64,000 nt of DNA from Lama glama (taxonomy: Eukaryota), in contig CM052818.1 of NCBI GenBank assembly GCA_028534125.1, positions 46,068,001 to 46,132,000 of the forward strand, given 5' to 3'. This document shows positions 41,431 through 54,210 of this stretch, piece by piece. The notes beneath the pieces were generated by a model. The model worked only from the letters and a program-made list of their open reading frames with translations. It did not search any database and was not told where the DNA came from. Position 1 is the stretch's first letter; each line of letters starts with the position of its first letter. The position numbers and the translations under genes were made by a program.

Positions 41431-42769
41431 GCGGTGATCAAATCTGTCGGGTATTTATATTCCACTGGGTAAACTTAAACCTAATGGTTTTAATTTTAAA
41501 TGTCAGTATTTACATTATACTGGAAATTTCATCCTTTGCAACTATTTACATTTTTGATGACAAAATATTAAATGTATCCAGGGGTACATATTTAAAAAAA
41601 ATTCTTTTGGAGATAAGAGTATAAAAGTTTGAAGACAGTTGGCTCAGACTAGTTCTATCCAGTGTGTCTGTCTCATTATGTTCCTCTGGCTCTTTATCTC
41701 CCCCACGTGGTTCTCATATCTTAAAGGTATAGACAACCAATAAATCAAAGAGAAACTTCAAACTGGAAATCATAATTTGGGTCCTGATTTGTGAACAAGA
41801 AAGATTACTTGAAATCTCGACTGTCTCTGAAAATCTAGGACTTCCAGATATGAGTAAGAAAATGAACCAGGAACTTTACTTTTTAAAAATGGCATTTATT
41901 AATGCCTTCTATGAGCAAGGCACGTAGTACTGTGGGGGGACACAGAAAGAATATAATCTAGAACCTACTAAAGTTACCAACTAGAGAGAATGGTGCCTGG
42001 ATGCTCAGAAAATAAGATGATATTCTTACTGCACATATAAAAAAATTGTACACAACTGTCACTTTTTTATGGGATACATTTTTAAAAGAATTATGCACAA
42101 TTTGCAAAGGTGAACCTCTCCTTGCTTTCTGACCAGGTGTGTCATCAATGTATGTTTAATGAAGGCATTTTCTACCTCAGATGAACAGACTGGATTCAGT
42201 TAAGCCAAAAATGCCAGTAATTATGGAGAATAACTGTAGGAAAAGATCCTAAGATTTTACTGAGGCTTACCACAGTGAACCTAAATTTAAACCATAGTTC
42301 GAGTATTTTATTAGGAGTAGCCTTAAAACTTGACCAGGCAGGACTAATGTTCTGCTGCTAACAATTTACCATGTCATAATGCGGAAAAGTCTGTCCCACT
42401 CATTCTTAAGTGGAAAATGCGTTATGTCCTACTTGTATAAACTGTAGTTGAACCAAAATAGCAATTCACATCTAAGGTTATTAGAATGGTTTATTCAGTA
42501 CCATAAACATTCACTAGAGCTAAAATTATGCAAAGGATTGCAAAACAAAACACAACTGCCGCGGCAAATTTTCCATTTAAGCTAAAGTGACCAAACACAG
42601 AGGTGAATTTCAAGAACTCGGCTGGACGATTATAGCAACTGTACTAGCAGATGAAGAGTCAGGTCTAGGATTCAGTTTCTGGAAATACTCACAGACTCTC
42701 TACCTACAGCGAGGCCAACAAGAATATGTGCACTAAGGGAGAGCCTGCTGATTTCCCTCCACAAAGCCA

Positions 42770-43800
42770 TTTTCGTCACAACGGACGGAGGCCTCGGACG
42801 CCCGGGAGTTTCGACGCGGGGCCCCGAAAACCAAGCTGCAACCCATCTGCGTGTGGGAGGCTGGTCTCGCAGAAGTTGGTCAAGCGCTGGGCCTCCTGCT
42901 CCCGGGAGCCTATCCCTCGCCCCAGGCACTTGGTTGTTGGGTCATTACCCCGAGCACACCCAACCTGGCCCTCCCCCTCGTTCGCCAGAGGCCCCAGGGC
43001 GGTTTCTACAGCTGTTTCAGTAGGAAGGGTAACAGGGATCCTAACCAGATGTAGGTGGGACCGAGACCAGGGAGGCGGCCGGACACGCCCCTGAGGGCCT
43101 ACTCGCCAGCTCCCGCCTCCCTCGCGGCGGTCATCCGGGGACAGAGGCGAGGTCCGACTGGGTCGAGTTAGGACGTCGCGGGCTGCGTCCCGGCAGGCGC
43201 CAGCCGAACCCTGGCGAGCTGCAAAGGGGCGGGCGGGGAAGCGGCAAGATGGCGGCGCGCCGGCACAGGGCGGGGCGAGCGAGGGTCTCCCGGCATGCCA
43301 CGCGGCACCCGGCTTCCGGTTGTGGGTGGTGCGGGGGTCGGCGTCGGCCGGAAGCCGGGTGAGCCAGCCTCTCCGGGAGCGGCGTGCACTTCCGGGGGCC
43401 TCGAGCCGGACTCTAGAGTCTTCCGGTAGGCGGCGCGGGAGGAATCAGAGGCTTGAGGGGCAGGGCCGGGCCGGGCTGGGAGGATCCGCGCCTCTTCTAA
43501 TGTGAGCAGTGTCCCGAGCGCCCGTCAGGCGAAAGCTGCCCGGAGAGGTGGAGCCGGTGGCCGGGCCGGGAACATGAGGCAGTGTGTCCTCTTCCTGGCC
43601 AGCTTTGTTCCTTTCATACTGGCGCCGCGACCGCCGGACAAGCCGGGCTTCGGCTCCCCCCAGCGACTCGGTAAAGACCCTCGGGGGTTGGCTTAGGCCG
43701 GCACCGGGTGCCTGGAGCTTGCTGCTTTCGGGAAAGACCAGGGGAGCAGAATCTATCAGGTGTTTGGGGGCGGGGTATTGGACAACGGTGGCGCGTCCCT
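42770..43800 (+). promoter_or_regulatory. ADAM17: ADAM17 CpG island / TATA-less promoter and first exon region
   Basis: Sharp rise in GC and CpG; GC boxes (GGGGCGGG ~43226, GGGCGGGG ~43268); YY1 consensus CAAGATGGCGGC 43245-43256; several ETS cores (CTTCCGG/CCGGAAG at 43313, 43348, 43389, 43420); spans the ATG at 43574. Confidence 0.9.
43574..43670 (+). CDS. ADAM17: ADAM17 (TACE) exon 1 coding part: signal peptide, 97 bp
   Basis: gggaacATG; MRQCVLFLASFVPFILAPRPPDKPGFGSPQRL(E) then G|gtaaag donor; matches the ADAM17 N-terminus. Confidence 0.95.
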
Positions 43801-46800
43801 AAGTTTTCAGTGTGGGAAGGGGGTGTGGCTCACAAAGTTTAGGGAAAGAATGGAGATAGGTTTGTTTGTCTCAATGGAAAGGGATTCTGGAGGAGGCCTC
43901 CGATAGTGACTGAGGGCCTGAGAGGGGGTCTGCCCCCAGAGTTTGTGTTGGGAGTGTGTTCCGGAAAGAGGTAAGGCAGGGAGTGGTGGTGGCTCGTGTT
44001 TGGAGAGGGAGATGCGGTCCAAGTCCCTGCCCGACTAAGGAACAAATCTATAGTGTGTTCCTACCAAAGACGGATTCTGGAGGAGGGTAGGAAGGCTCAT
44101 AGCTCTACAGCTCTTCCTGGCTCTGTAAGATGCAAACTAGATTTTCTACTGTAGGAGGTACTTAGGCAGCAGTCTGGTTGGAAGGCGGTGACTGGAGGAC
44201 TCATCTTGGAGTTGCATTTTGCGAATATCCTAAGCGTTTATTTAGTTATTGAAATTGTAGCTTATGGGAGGTCCTGGTTGGGGAGGAGGCGCTTAAACTT
44301 GCCAGGCTAACTCTTAATGCTACTACTGTGAATGCCTGCCTTGCCATTTTGGACAAAAATTATCAGAGATGACCAATTTGATCAGTTTTGAGCCTAGAAA
44401 GTAGAGGGTTATTTAGATTTTCTGAAGAGACTGGATTTTAGGGATAGACTAACAAGAGAGATGAAATTTGGTGAAAGTTAGTTTGTATAACTGTTAGGGT
44501 CCTTTATCTGTTAAGAGAGTTCGGTTAATTAATAAGAAAGTATGAAACGGTGTATTCCCCAGCGTGACAAGCTGTAGCTTCAGTGATAGTTTACCTGACA
44601 ATTGTTTTTTCTTATGTAATGGACAGAAATTGTAGACTGAGGGTATTAAAGGTGTTGGATTCTCAGCTGAAGAACTACTTTGTGGTTATCTCAAACTGAA
44701 ATGGATTACAGCTGATTAGTTTAATGAAAGGCCAGGGAGAACCTGGTGAGAAGTGTTGAGATGTGATTTAAGTTGATACAAATTGAAGGAAAATGTTGAG
44801 GTGGGGTAGTCAGGATGGAGGGGTAGGGTAAGGATCCACTTCATAAGAATAAATATTAATAAAAATAACAAATATGTATTTTGAGATATTAAAGTTGTAT
44901 TTTTACCACACTAACACAGTTGTTTCACTTTTATTATCATTCTCTTATTCACAAGTGGAAAAATAAGTAATACAAATCCTCCTAGGATGCACATAGTATA
45001 GAAGAAAACCTTACTTTCTAGATCAATTCTCAGCAACATTCAGAGATCAGAAGGGTTTCTTTTTTGATCTTGTATTTTCACTTGCAAAGTGCAGACCACT
45101 GGTGCCAGAAAAACGCATAGACCTACCATATTTATTCAGCAGATGTTTGAAGAACACATACTGTATGCAGGTATTCTGTGTGGCACTGGAAATACAAAGG
45201 TCAGACGAAGGAGAGTGATAGTAGTACCCACCATAATGTGTTCTGTTATGAAGGGGCGCTGAACGTAGCCAGGAAAGACTCCCTAAAGGAGCTGATACTT
45301 GAGCCCAGACTTTAAGGTTAAGTAGCTGAAGAGGGACAATAAGGACACTTCTAATCAGGACATTTAGAGACTCAGACTTGAACTGAACCTTAGATGTCGC
45401 GTCCAGTTTTTTAAAACAAAGCTCCAGGAAAAATGAGTCTCAGAAAGGTGTAGTGAATTGTCAGGTTCACACAATTAGTGATAAATATATGCCTTGTGGG
45501 TATTTTTTCTTTTGAAGAAGGATTTTGTGTATGTTTGATGACTTTGGATGTAATTTGTTAACCCTACCATTATTTAGATTGAATCTGTCAAGTCCAAGGA
45601 ATAATTCCATAAAGAGCATCGTAACTGTTTATTAGCCTACTCATCCTATAATGTTACCATAACCACAGTGCTAAATACTGATTAGAGATTTGACAACATT
45701 TTTCTGAAGAACAAAAGTATTTAATAGAATCCTGGCTTTTGGAGTATTCCTCATGTCACTCAAAATTATTTCAGTTGAACTGTTATGAATTGCATAATTT
45801 AGGAAAGTTATGAGTCATGTGAGCTTAGTCATAATGATATCTTGTTGAAGTTGCAACTGGGGTATGTAAGTCTCACTTTGATTTCAAAAGAGTTTTCGCT
45901 TTGTGTTACTTTTAATAAAAGGATGTAGTGGGTGTAAGGGAAAAATATAGGTCACAAATGACGGATGAAAGTTTGTATCTGAAACATATTTTGAAACTCA
46001 CCTTGAGGTTCCTGGCATGGGAATTCTCCACACTGCAGTCTTCATTTCTCATTATTGACGGTATCATTTTGCTCAGTATTTTGACATATCACTTCCTCTT
46101 TTGATGTTAATTTTGCTTACAGGCTACATTCCTTTGAAACTGAAATACTTACGCACCCTAACTGCTCCAAGAGAAATTTAATCCAGTTCTGCTTTGTACT
46201 AGTTAGAGAGATAAATTGTATTGCTAAAATAGAATGAAGAGAAGAGTTAAGCAGAGAAATGTGGTGGGGAAACTGGAGAATTCCTTTTGGCCTTCATGGG
46301 GTTTTCCAGAGCATCAAGTGTAGGTAGGTGTCCTTCAAGGCCAAGTGTGGATGAATTTTGGGTGCTTCACCATTTTATGTTTGTAAGAGATGGTGACTGT
46401 TTTCAGAAGATTGGTAAGGAAGGAGGGGCAGGAATAGGCTTCACTGAGGTAGGGAAGTGAAATGAAGTGCTTTTTCTTATATCCCTTGACTTAGTCCTGA
46501 AATGAACCAAGGAGATGGGTGTCTTCCTCCCCACACCCCTCCTGTTTTGTTTTTTTCTTCCTTTTAGTAAGAGTTGTAGGTTTTGACAAGTCTTATCTGC
46601 TGCCCTGGTTTGACTGTTCTGATATGATGGATCTCTGACCTAGACTTGTTCTCCAAAGCTTCACTCTCATGTACCCAGCTGCCCACTTGATGTTTCCACC
46701 TCTGTTCTCATGGGCACTTAACATATATAACATGTCCAAAATTATCTGTTTGATTAGAAGAATGAGTATAGAAGACAGGGCTTGATCTAGGAACAGGCAG

Positions 46801-47887
46801 CAGGAAACTGTGAAAGTAATCTCATTGCTTCATCTGAGTTTGCGCTGGTTTCAGCTACAGACTTGTGGACTAATCCAGGATTCTTCAGAGGTTCCCATGG
46901 GCTCTGCTGACTTCATTTACTTTCATTTTGGCTCAGAGTTTCCATGTGACTGGGTCTTGCTGGAGTGTCTTGGTCCAGGTTTAGTACCAGCCCAGGTGAA
47001 GAGCTCATGATAAGGAATTATTTGAGGCAGCTCATCCTCCATCCTTCCTAACTAGTATAAGCCTATAAAGTTAATTTTTAGCTCCCAGGCTCGGAGGTCC
47101 ACTGCGTAGCAGACAGAGCTGCTCTCCTTTTCTCCTCCCTTAGTCCCAGGGAGGGACTCACCCACATCTAGGGCCAGGCCTCTCTTGTCCTGCATGTTTT
47201 GGGGAGTGCTGAAGAGCAGTCAGGTCTCATGTGTCTTGTGGACAAGTAGGATCAACACTTGACAGCAGCCCTGGCTTAATCCTTTCCAGTTCTGACAGGA
47301 GGAGCGTGACACTGACAGTGGCATTCTGGGGGAACTCTGTGTGCTTTGTGCAGTGGAGCCCTGGAGAGCTAGCAGAGTGCTACAGGGTTCTGCGTGACAC
47401 TTGCAAGTTGTATTCCAGGAAGATGCAATTTATTGCGGAAAGAAAAGAGAAACTGAGTGAAAAGTTCACAAATGTTCCCAGTCTCTTCTCATATAATGCT
47501 TCATTATTTCAAAATCAGTGTATCTTAAAAAGTTGACTCTGGTCTTGATGAATAAGGGTATACTTTATGTCATTGTACTGAAGTCAGTGGCCTTGAAACC
47601 TTATTCTAGAGACTAAAATCAGGTATGAGAGAAGGGTGGAGTGGAAGGTTTATCACATATTCTATAGGCCACTCCATGTCTGCATCCAGAAAGGCCTGAA
47701 GTTCAAGCTTTCTCTATTTGAGAACATAAAAAAGGAACAAAGTATCTTCCATTTTTTTACCACTGATGTTGAGTTTGAAAAAAATCATAGAATAACAGAT
47801 TTACTCTTTCCCCACATAAAATCACTATATGATTTATCAGTGACGTAACTGCAAACGTGACAATGCAAAAAAGTTCTATGTAAATGA

Positions 47888-47979
47888 TTTTTTTTTTATA
47901 TGGAGGTACTGGGAATTGAACCAAGTACCTCACTCATGCTCAGCTTGTGTTCTACCAACTAAGCTATGCCCGCACCCCC
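47888..47979 (-). mobile_element. tRNA-derived SINE (vic-1-like) with 13-bp target-site duplication
   Basis: SINE core and poly-T; flanks tctatgtaaatga (47875-47887) and tctatgtagatga (47980-47992). Confidence 0.88.
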
Positions 47980-48073
47980 TCTATGTAGATGAATAATTGT
48001 AAACTGTATATAAGGAACAAGATACAGTACAGAACTTAATCTTTCAGCATTTACTTGCCGCCTTATACCAACC

Positions 48074-48505
48074 TCTTAACAAAATTCAGCCGAGTAAATT
48101 TGAAGATCTAATTGGTTTTATTAGGTGATTTATGAATTGGGCAGCATGCTGTCTAGCAACTGGAAGGGCCCTTTGAGTGGTTGTACCAAATGGAAGGATT
48201 TTTTATAGGAAGAAGGGTGGGGCAAGGGTGCTATTAGCAAAAGAAAAGAAAGGATTGTTTTTAGGCCTGGACATCTTTTGGCAGGGAAAGGAACTGGCAA
48301 GTGTTTTTTACCCCATAGATAACCTCTTGTTCCTCTGGGGGATGGAGGGGGCCATGTGACAGATGACCTCATTGGTGCTGACCAGACAGTTTCAAACTGG
48401 TTGATGAAGATGACTTTTCTGTTGAAGGTTGAAACTGCAATTAAGTATTAAACCTAGGTTTTGGTTTCATGGGCGAAAGCAGGCCTGTGGTTTTTCTCTT
48501 TAACA
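48074..48505 (-). mobile_element. ERV-type solo LTR in ADAM17 intron 1
   Basis: Ends ttaaca; ggttttatt (antisense AATAAA) and ttttatagg (antisense TATA-like) in LTR order. Confidence 0.5.
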
Positions 48506-48693
48506 AATCCCTCCCCCTAACCTGCCCCTAGTTCTCTTTTCTTATCAGTGAATGTGGTGCCACTGTCTGCCCAGGTATCCAAGCCAAAAACCTGGGAGTC
48601 TTTTAGTGGTCTCCCCCTGGATGGCTCAGTGGCTTCCTAGCTGATTTTCCAGACTCCAGTCTTGTCCCCTCTCTCCATTCTACACACTGCAGT

Positions 48694-49443
48694 CGTCAAA
48701 CCCAAGTTCATGTGCCCGACGTACGGTGAGGCCAAACGAACTGAAATGTTAGAGTTTGGAGCAGAGAAAGGTTTACTGATTAGGAGGATGCCAATGGAGA
48801 AGATGGGAGACATAGGCTAGTCTCAGATCCATCTTCCTGGCTGGCTAGGGTGTCAGGTTTTTAAAGACAACTTTTGGGGTGAAGGTGCAGGGGGCATGGC
48901 TTTCTTCTGATTGGTTGGTGGTGAGGTAACAGGGTAGTGTTTCATGAGTCTTAACCATCAACCTCTGGTTCCACCCAGCCTGAGGTCTCTGTGTTTGTGG
49001 TCAGCATGTAGTCACCGCCCTCCACTGGGGAGGGGGGGTCTTAGTTCTTGCAGGACAACTCAAAGATTTGTGTCAGAGTGTTCTGTATATCCATTGAGGA
49101 CGAACTGGGACTCTGTTTTATCCCTGAACTATTTGTTTCTTGACTTCTTTTCCTTTGTTTCTGCATTCCCTCACTTCTCTGGTTAGTAATTGCCTGAATC
49201 TGCTCTTTGGAACTCAGTGTCAGCCTAGGAGACTAAAGCCTTTTTCTACAAACAAACCAGGGGCCCAGAAAGGCTTGTGACCCCCCTCCCCGCAGGGTCC
49301 TGCTTGGTTTCATCCCCTCCCTTTCTCTGATACTCTTCAATCCTGAGGGCAACAGGGGCTGGACAAGAAAGAATAAAGTTTTGGATAGAGAGGTTAATCA
49401 TAAACTCGGAAGAGGAGCTCAGTTTGAGGGGGACTTGGTTTCA
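48694..49443 (-). mobile_element. ERV1-like LTR element inserted into an L2 relic
   Basis: Minus-strand start TGAAACCAAG; 4-bp TSD-like cagt/cggt; internal polypurine tract before a second TGAAACCAAG. Confidence 0.65.
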
Positions 49444-51129
49444 CGGTCATGATGAAATTTCTCACTTACAGCTGTCGCCCTTGTAGAAAATCCACAGTCC
49501 TGACTGTGGTTCCACTGCCCTTCACGACCTCTGCCTGCTCTCCGGCCTCAAACCTCTTCGCATCGTCTGTGCCATTCTAAACACCCCCGCCTCACCGAGG
49601 TGCTTTCTTTTCTTTGGGTATGTTTTGTTCTGTATTTCTTGTGGATGTCAGCATAGGTATGCCCTCTACTTAGAATCCTCTCCTTTCTTCCCTTGGCTGC
49701 CTCCTAATCTTTTTGGTCTTTAGTACAGTCTCCCTGGGAAAGCATCCTTGGCCTGCCAGGCAGGGCTCATGCTCCTGTGTGTCCTTTCGTAACTTCTTGC
49801 ACCTTCCACTCCCTTGGCGTGTGACATACTTTATCATTTTTGTGTGATGCTCTTTCTCTCAATATCACAAAATTAGAAATATAGTTCTCTTTCTCCTCAT
49901 TTATATCCCTAGTGCCTGGAAGGGAGGAGGTTTTCAATACACATCTGTAGAATGAACAGGGTGTGGCCTAGTGGAAAGAGGAAAAGTATGTGCAGAATGT
50001 GTGTGCAAGAAAGGAGGGGTGGGAGTGAGTGTGGAAAAGATACCAAAGAGAGGAAGGGTAGGGTCCCTAAGGAGGACTAGACAGGAGAGGCCAAGTGGGG
50101 GAAACTGTAGCAGGTGGCAGAGAAGGGCAGGGAGAGGGTGGGGACCTAAATCATGCAGTACTCCAGTCTGACCTCTTGAGTTGTGTCTGTGTTCTAACTT
50201 GTCTCTGTAGCCAGCAGAAATGAGAAAAGCTCAGTTGTTTAGGGTGATTGTTGGAGCAACTTGAAGAAAGCAAGGAAGGTGTTCTCATTCTAGAGTGCTG
50301 GGCAGCCATTGTTGGAGTTTCTAAAAAATATGGCCACATACTAAGCTAATAAGAAAGGTAGTTTTTGTAGCATTGTCTCGTGTTAACTGTCATAAAACCT
50401 ACTGTAAGAAGTTAAGTGGTTTATACTTGAGTTTTTTGAGATTTTTGGATATGGACAAAGAATAAACTCTTGGGAAGTGGGGGAAATACAAATTCTGTTG
50501 AAAAGCTATAGGATATTAGATTACCAATGGATGGAGTTTTGGAGAAGTGCGGTAAAATGCTGAGCATCTGAGAGGTTACTTGAAGAGCGGGAGCTCGGGT
50601 TGTTGGGCGAGGAGAGCGCGTTTAGTGTGTTGTTTGTAATGGCTCCGGGACATCCAATTTGAGATGTCTTGTTATTAAAAGAGGGCAAATTACAGTTGAA
50701 ACATATTAGTTAAGTGTTTTAAAGTGCTTTAGCAAGCTACCTTTAAATAGTGCTTATTATAGAAAAATACCTAAAGATAACCAATGATGTTACTTTTATT
50801 TTTTTAGGCCTATTTTTATACATAGTTAAGATCATGCGATATGAATAGTTTTTTAATCTACCTTTGTTTATTTAATATTATAGTATAAGTATTTTCTCAT
50901 GTTCTTAAAATCTGTTAACATTTTAAATGATTGCATTGGGGTTTTTTTTGTTTGTTTTTTGTTTGTTTGTTTTTGTCATTTGGAAGTGGTATAATGTCTG
51001 TTTCCCAGGTGTCAACTTACTTTGTTTCCAACTTTTGTTTTTAAAAATATGCAAAGCTGAACCATGAACATCTTTGTGCGTAAAGGTTTTTTTCTTCATT
51101 TTGAGCTGTTTCTGTAGTTTAGCCTAGTT

Positions 51130-51299
51130 CAGTGGTTCTCAAGCTTGAGTGTGCATTAACATCACCTGGAAGGCACATTAAACACAGATTGCGGGGCCTG
51201 ACCCCTAGAATTTCCAATTAAGGAGGAGTGAGGGGAGAAACAAATTCCCAGGTGATGCTTTTGGCTGCTGGTATGGGGACCACACCTTGAAAACAACTG
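51130..51299. mobile_element. MER5A-like DNA transposon relic
   Basis: cagtggttctcaag...atcacctggaag...ttcccaggtgatgct...cttgaaaacaactg (TIRs). Confidence 0.8.
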
Positions 51300-53650
51300 G
51301 CCTGTATTACTGACAATGAAACTACAGTATTGAGGTTAAGTTTTGCAGTCAGTTGGAGTGATTATGATCTTGAATGAAACGGAGTCCATGTAGCAACCTG
51401 ATTGAGGGACTTCAAAGAGCTAAAGGATTGTATTAGCCTCTCAGTGTTGAGAATTTTGCAATTTGTGAAGATAGGAGTGAGTGCTATTTTGTGCAAGGTT
51501 CTGTGCCAGGTGTTGTGAGGTAAGGATACTGTGATTTTTAAAACAGAGCTCACTTGCGGCTATTTTAAAATCTATTTGCAAGATAGGACAAATATAACTG
51601 AAAAATGCCAGAAGAAAGTTGTAAACAGAGGGCATCCGGATTCAGTGGGAGGCAAGGTCATGTTTGACTGATATGTCAAAAAGTAGGAGGCTGAGAAGTA
51701 GAAGGTCGAAGAAGAGCTAGGCTATTTTTAAGCAGTTTCAAAAGTTGACATCAGTAAAGCTTGGGGTTTTCAGCCAAGACAGGCCCAAGTTTAAATCCTA
51801 GTGCTGTGTTACATTAGCTTTGTGATGTTATTTTCCCCGAGTCTGTTTCTTCATCTCTAAAATGGGGCTGTTACCCCAACAATGTTCGTGGACGTAACAT
51901 AAAACATCCAGAATGGTGTCTGGTAGGAAACAGCACACTCAAAAACTGTTGAATAAATGATAAGCTTCTTGAAGGTTTTTCGTTGATGCCTCTAAGCATT
52001 ACAGTTAGCCAGGCCAAATCACCAGTAACTATCCATTGGCATAAAAGAGATTGATGCCTTCTGAAACAGCTTTCCTCTGGATTAAATTTAAAAGGGAATT
52101 TCTGTTAACAGAAAATGGGTAGTACCTAACAAGTGTGAAATTTGCTACCAATTTATTTAATCTTATCTTGAGTTAGAGCCTTGGATGGACTTTGATTAAA
52201 TTTGCTTTAACCATATAGCAGTGTTCCTGCGCCATGCTTTCTTCAGGTTTGCTTGAATATTACATGACAGTGAGGCATTTTCCCACCTCTCTGTATAGAT
52301 TGGCCCTTCTTGCTGCCTGCCTGCTGTCCTGCTTTCATGTCCACAGCACTGACATTGTGTTTTCTTGTGTGTTGTCTGTCTCTCCCACACAAAATGAGTG
52401 CTGCTTTAGGCAAGGACTTTGCTCCCTCGAGTGCTCTGTCTCAGTACTTAGACCAGTGCCTGGCACGTAGCAGTGAATGAATGAATTGATGAAGAAACCA
52501 ATTGAGGATATTTAGAGGAAGAGGAAGGAGAAAAGTATTGAGTGGGTTCTTTCTTTTAGAAATTGTTTTGTGAGCATATTTAACCACAGTAGTAATACAC
52601 TTGTATTTTAAGCTCCTGCTGCTCTATTTTGAGGATGCTCTCAGTCCAGTGGAATGATTTTGAATGCCATTGCTTCTGCAGTGATATTTGTTGATAGAAA
52701 AAGGAAAGCATCAGCTCAAATATTTTTAGACAGTTTTTATAGGGACTTAAGTCACCAAAATTTGTCTTCCAGACATCCTCCTGATTGTGGGAGAGAAAGC
52801 AGTTGCTGCTGATAAGAGGTGACTTACAGAGGTAGCATGTGATCTATAGTGTTTACTCTCGCTCTGTACCAAATAGAAACTTATTTGTGCTTGTTCTCTC
52901 TTTGGGGCAGTTTTCTTGCTTTTGCCTTTCTTGGGTTCCAAGTCAGTCTGGGAAAATAATTTATGTTGATTTTTTTCCCTTGGGGATCCGTTTGGTCCTA
53001 CCACTTCTACTTCCTGGTGTCCAGTAGATTAACATTCTGCTGTGTCTGTTGAGAGCAACAGCGATAGGGCTGTTACCACTTTTCTTTTTTCTTTAATTTG
53101 GAATATGTGATTTTTCTTTCTCAGTTTTGGTTTGCTCAGGCCATTGATAGATTTGTTGCTCTTTGTGACCATACATTAACTGATAAGGAATCAATTAGCT
53201 TAGGTGGGCAATGGGCAGGGCAGGTTGGCACACTTGATCTTAGAAATTCTAAACATAGGAGCCAGAAGTGCCTTGCATTTAGAAGTTAGCTCATTGCGTG
53301 CTATGATACTTTCTGAGATATCGAAATTATTGGTATCTGATGTGAACATGAACTCATATTCACCTTTCCCTGATTGTCACAGAAATCTTTCCACAACTGA
53401 TTTGTTTGACGTAGGGTCCAAAAAAGTTCACATATCGGTTTGCTTGCTGTATTCTTAAGTCTCTTCTGTCTCCACCCCTCCCTTCTTCCTCATGCCATTT
53501 GTTTCCTGGAGAAAATTGGGTCATCTGTTTTGCAGGAGTGGAACATTCTGGGTGTGGCTAATTACTTCCTAAGGTTGTTATTTAATTTGGTAACATCTAG
53601 TCTCTTTTTGTCTTAAAAACTGAAAGTTAGATCTTGATTAGATTTAGGCC

Positions 53651-53675
53651 TGTGTGTGTGTGTGTGTGTGTGTGT
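53651..53675. repeat. (TG)12 microsatellite ~140 bp upstream of ADAM17 exon 2
   Basis: Direct read. Confidence 0.92.
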
Positions 53676-53816
53676 ACACATACATGATAAGGATACTTAA
53701 TAGGTCGCACTGGGGCATTATATTAGGAAGAAATTGTTGTCTGACTCTCTTATTTTAATGATGTTACAATTGATTAGTATGTTTAGGTGTTAATAACCTT
53801 TTTACCTGTATTTCAG

Positions 53817-53949
53817 AAAAGCTTGATTCTTTGCTCTCAGACTACGATATCCTCTCTTTATCCAATATCCAGCAGCACTCTGTAAGAAAAAGGGATCTGC
53901 AAGCCTCAACACACTTAGAAACACTACTAACTTTTTCAGCCTTGAAAAG
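53817..53949 (+). CDS. ADAM17: ADAM17 exon 2 (prodomain), 133 bp
   Basis: tttcag|AA AAG...AAA AG|gtaatt; (E)[43 protein letters not shown](R); includes the basic RKR convertase site. Confidence 0.96.
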
Positions 53950-54094
53950 GTAATTTGAATTATTCATAGAATGATGTTGGAGTGCTGGGAGACTTGGTTT
54001 GGTAAAAACTGAAAAATAGGAATGTCTACTGAAATTTTAGGAAGTTACACTTTAAAGATTTGTAATTGATACAATTATAGTCTGTCTTGATTCT

Positions 54095-54210
54095 TTTTAT
54101 TTTTTATTTTAAAATTTTTAAAATTGAAGTACAGTTACTATGTGTCAATTTCTAGTATGCAGCATAATGTACCAGTCATGCATGTACATACATATATTCG
54201 TTTTCATGAT
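54095..54210 (-). mobile_element. Very short young L1 3' tail
   Basis: T-rich tail then aattgaagtacagtt...gtgtcaatttct...catacatatattc, antisense of the same type as 12316-12528. Confidence 0.6.

Noticed and set aside
43382..43386. HRE-like GCGTG near the presumed TSS
   Set aside because: 5-bp motif expected by chance in a CpG island
42672..43802. Several overlapping Arg/Pro/Gly-rich ORFs on both strands
   Set aside because: Expected from stop-codon scarcity in a CpG island; only 43574-43670 is real coding sequence
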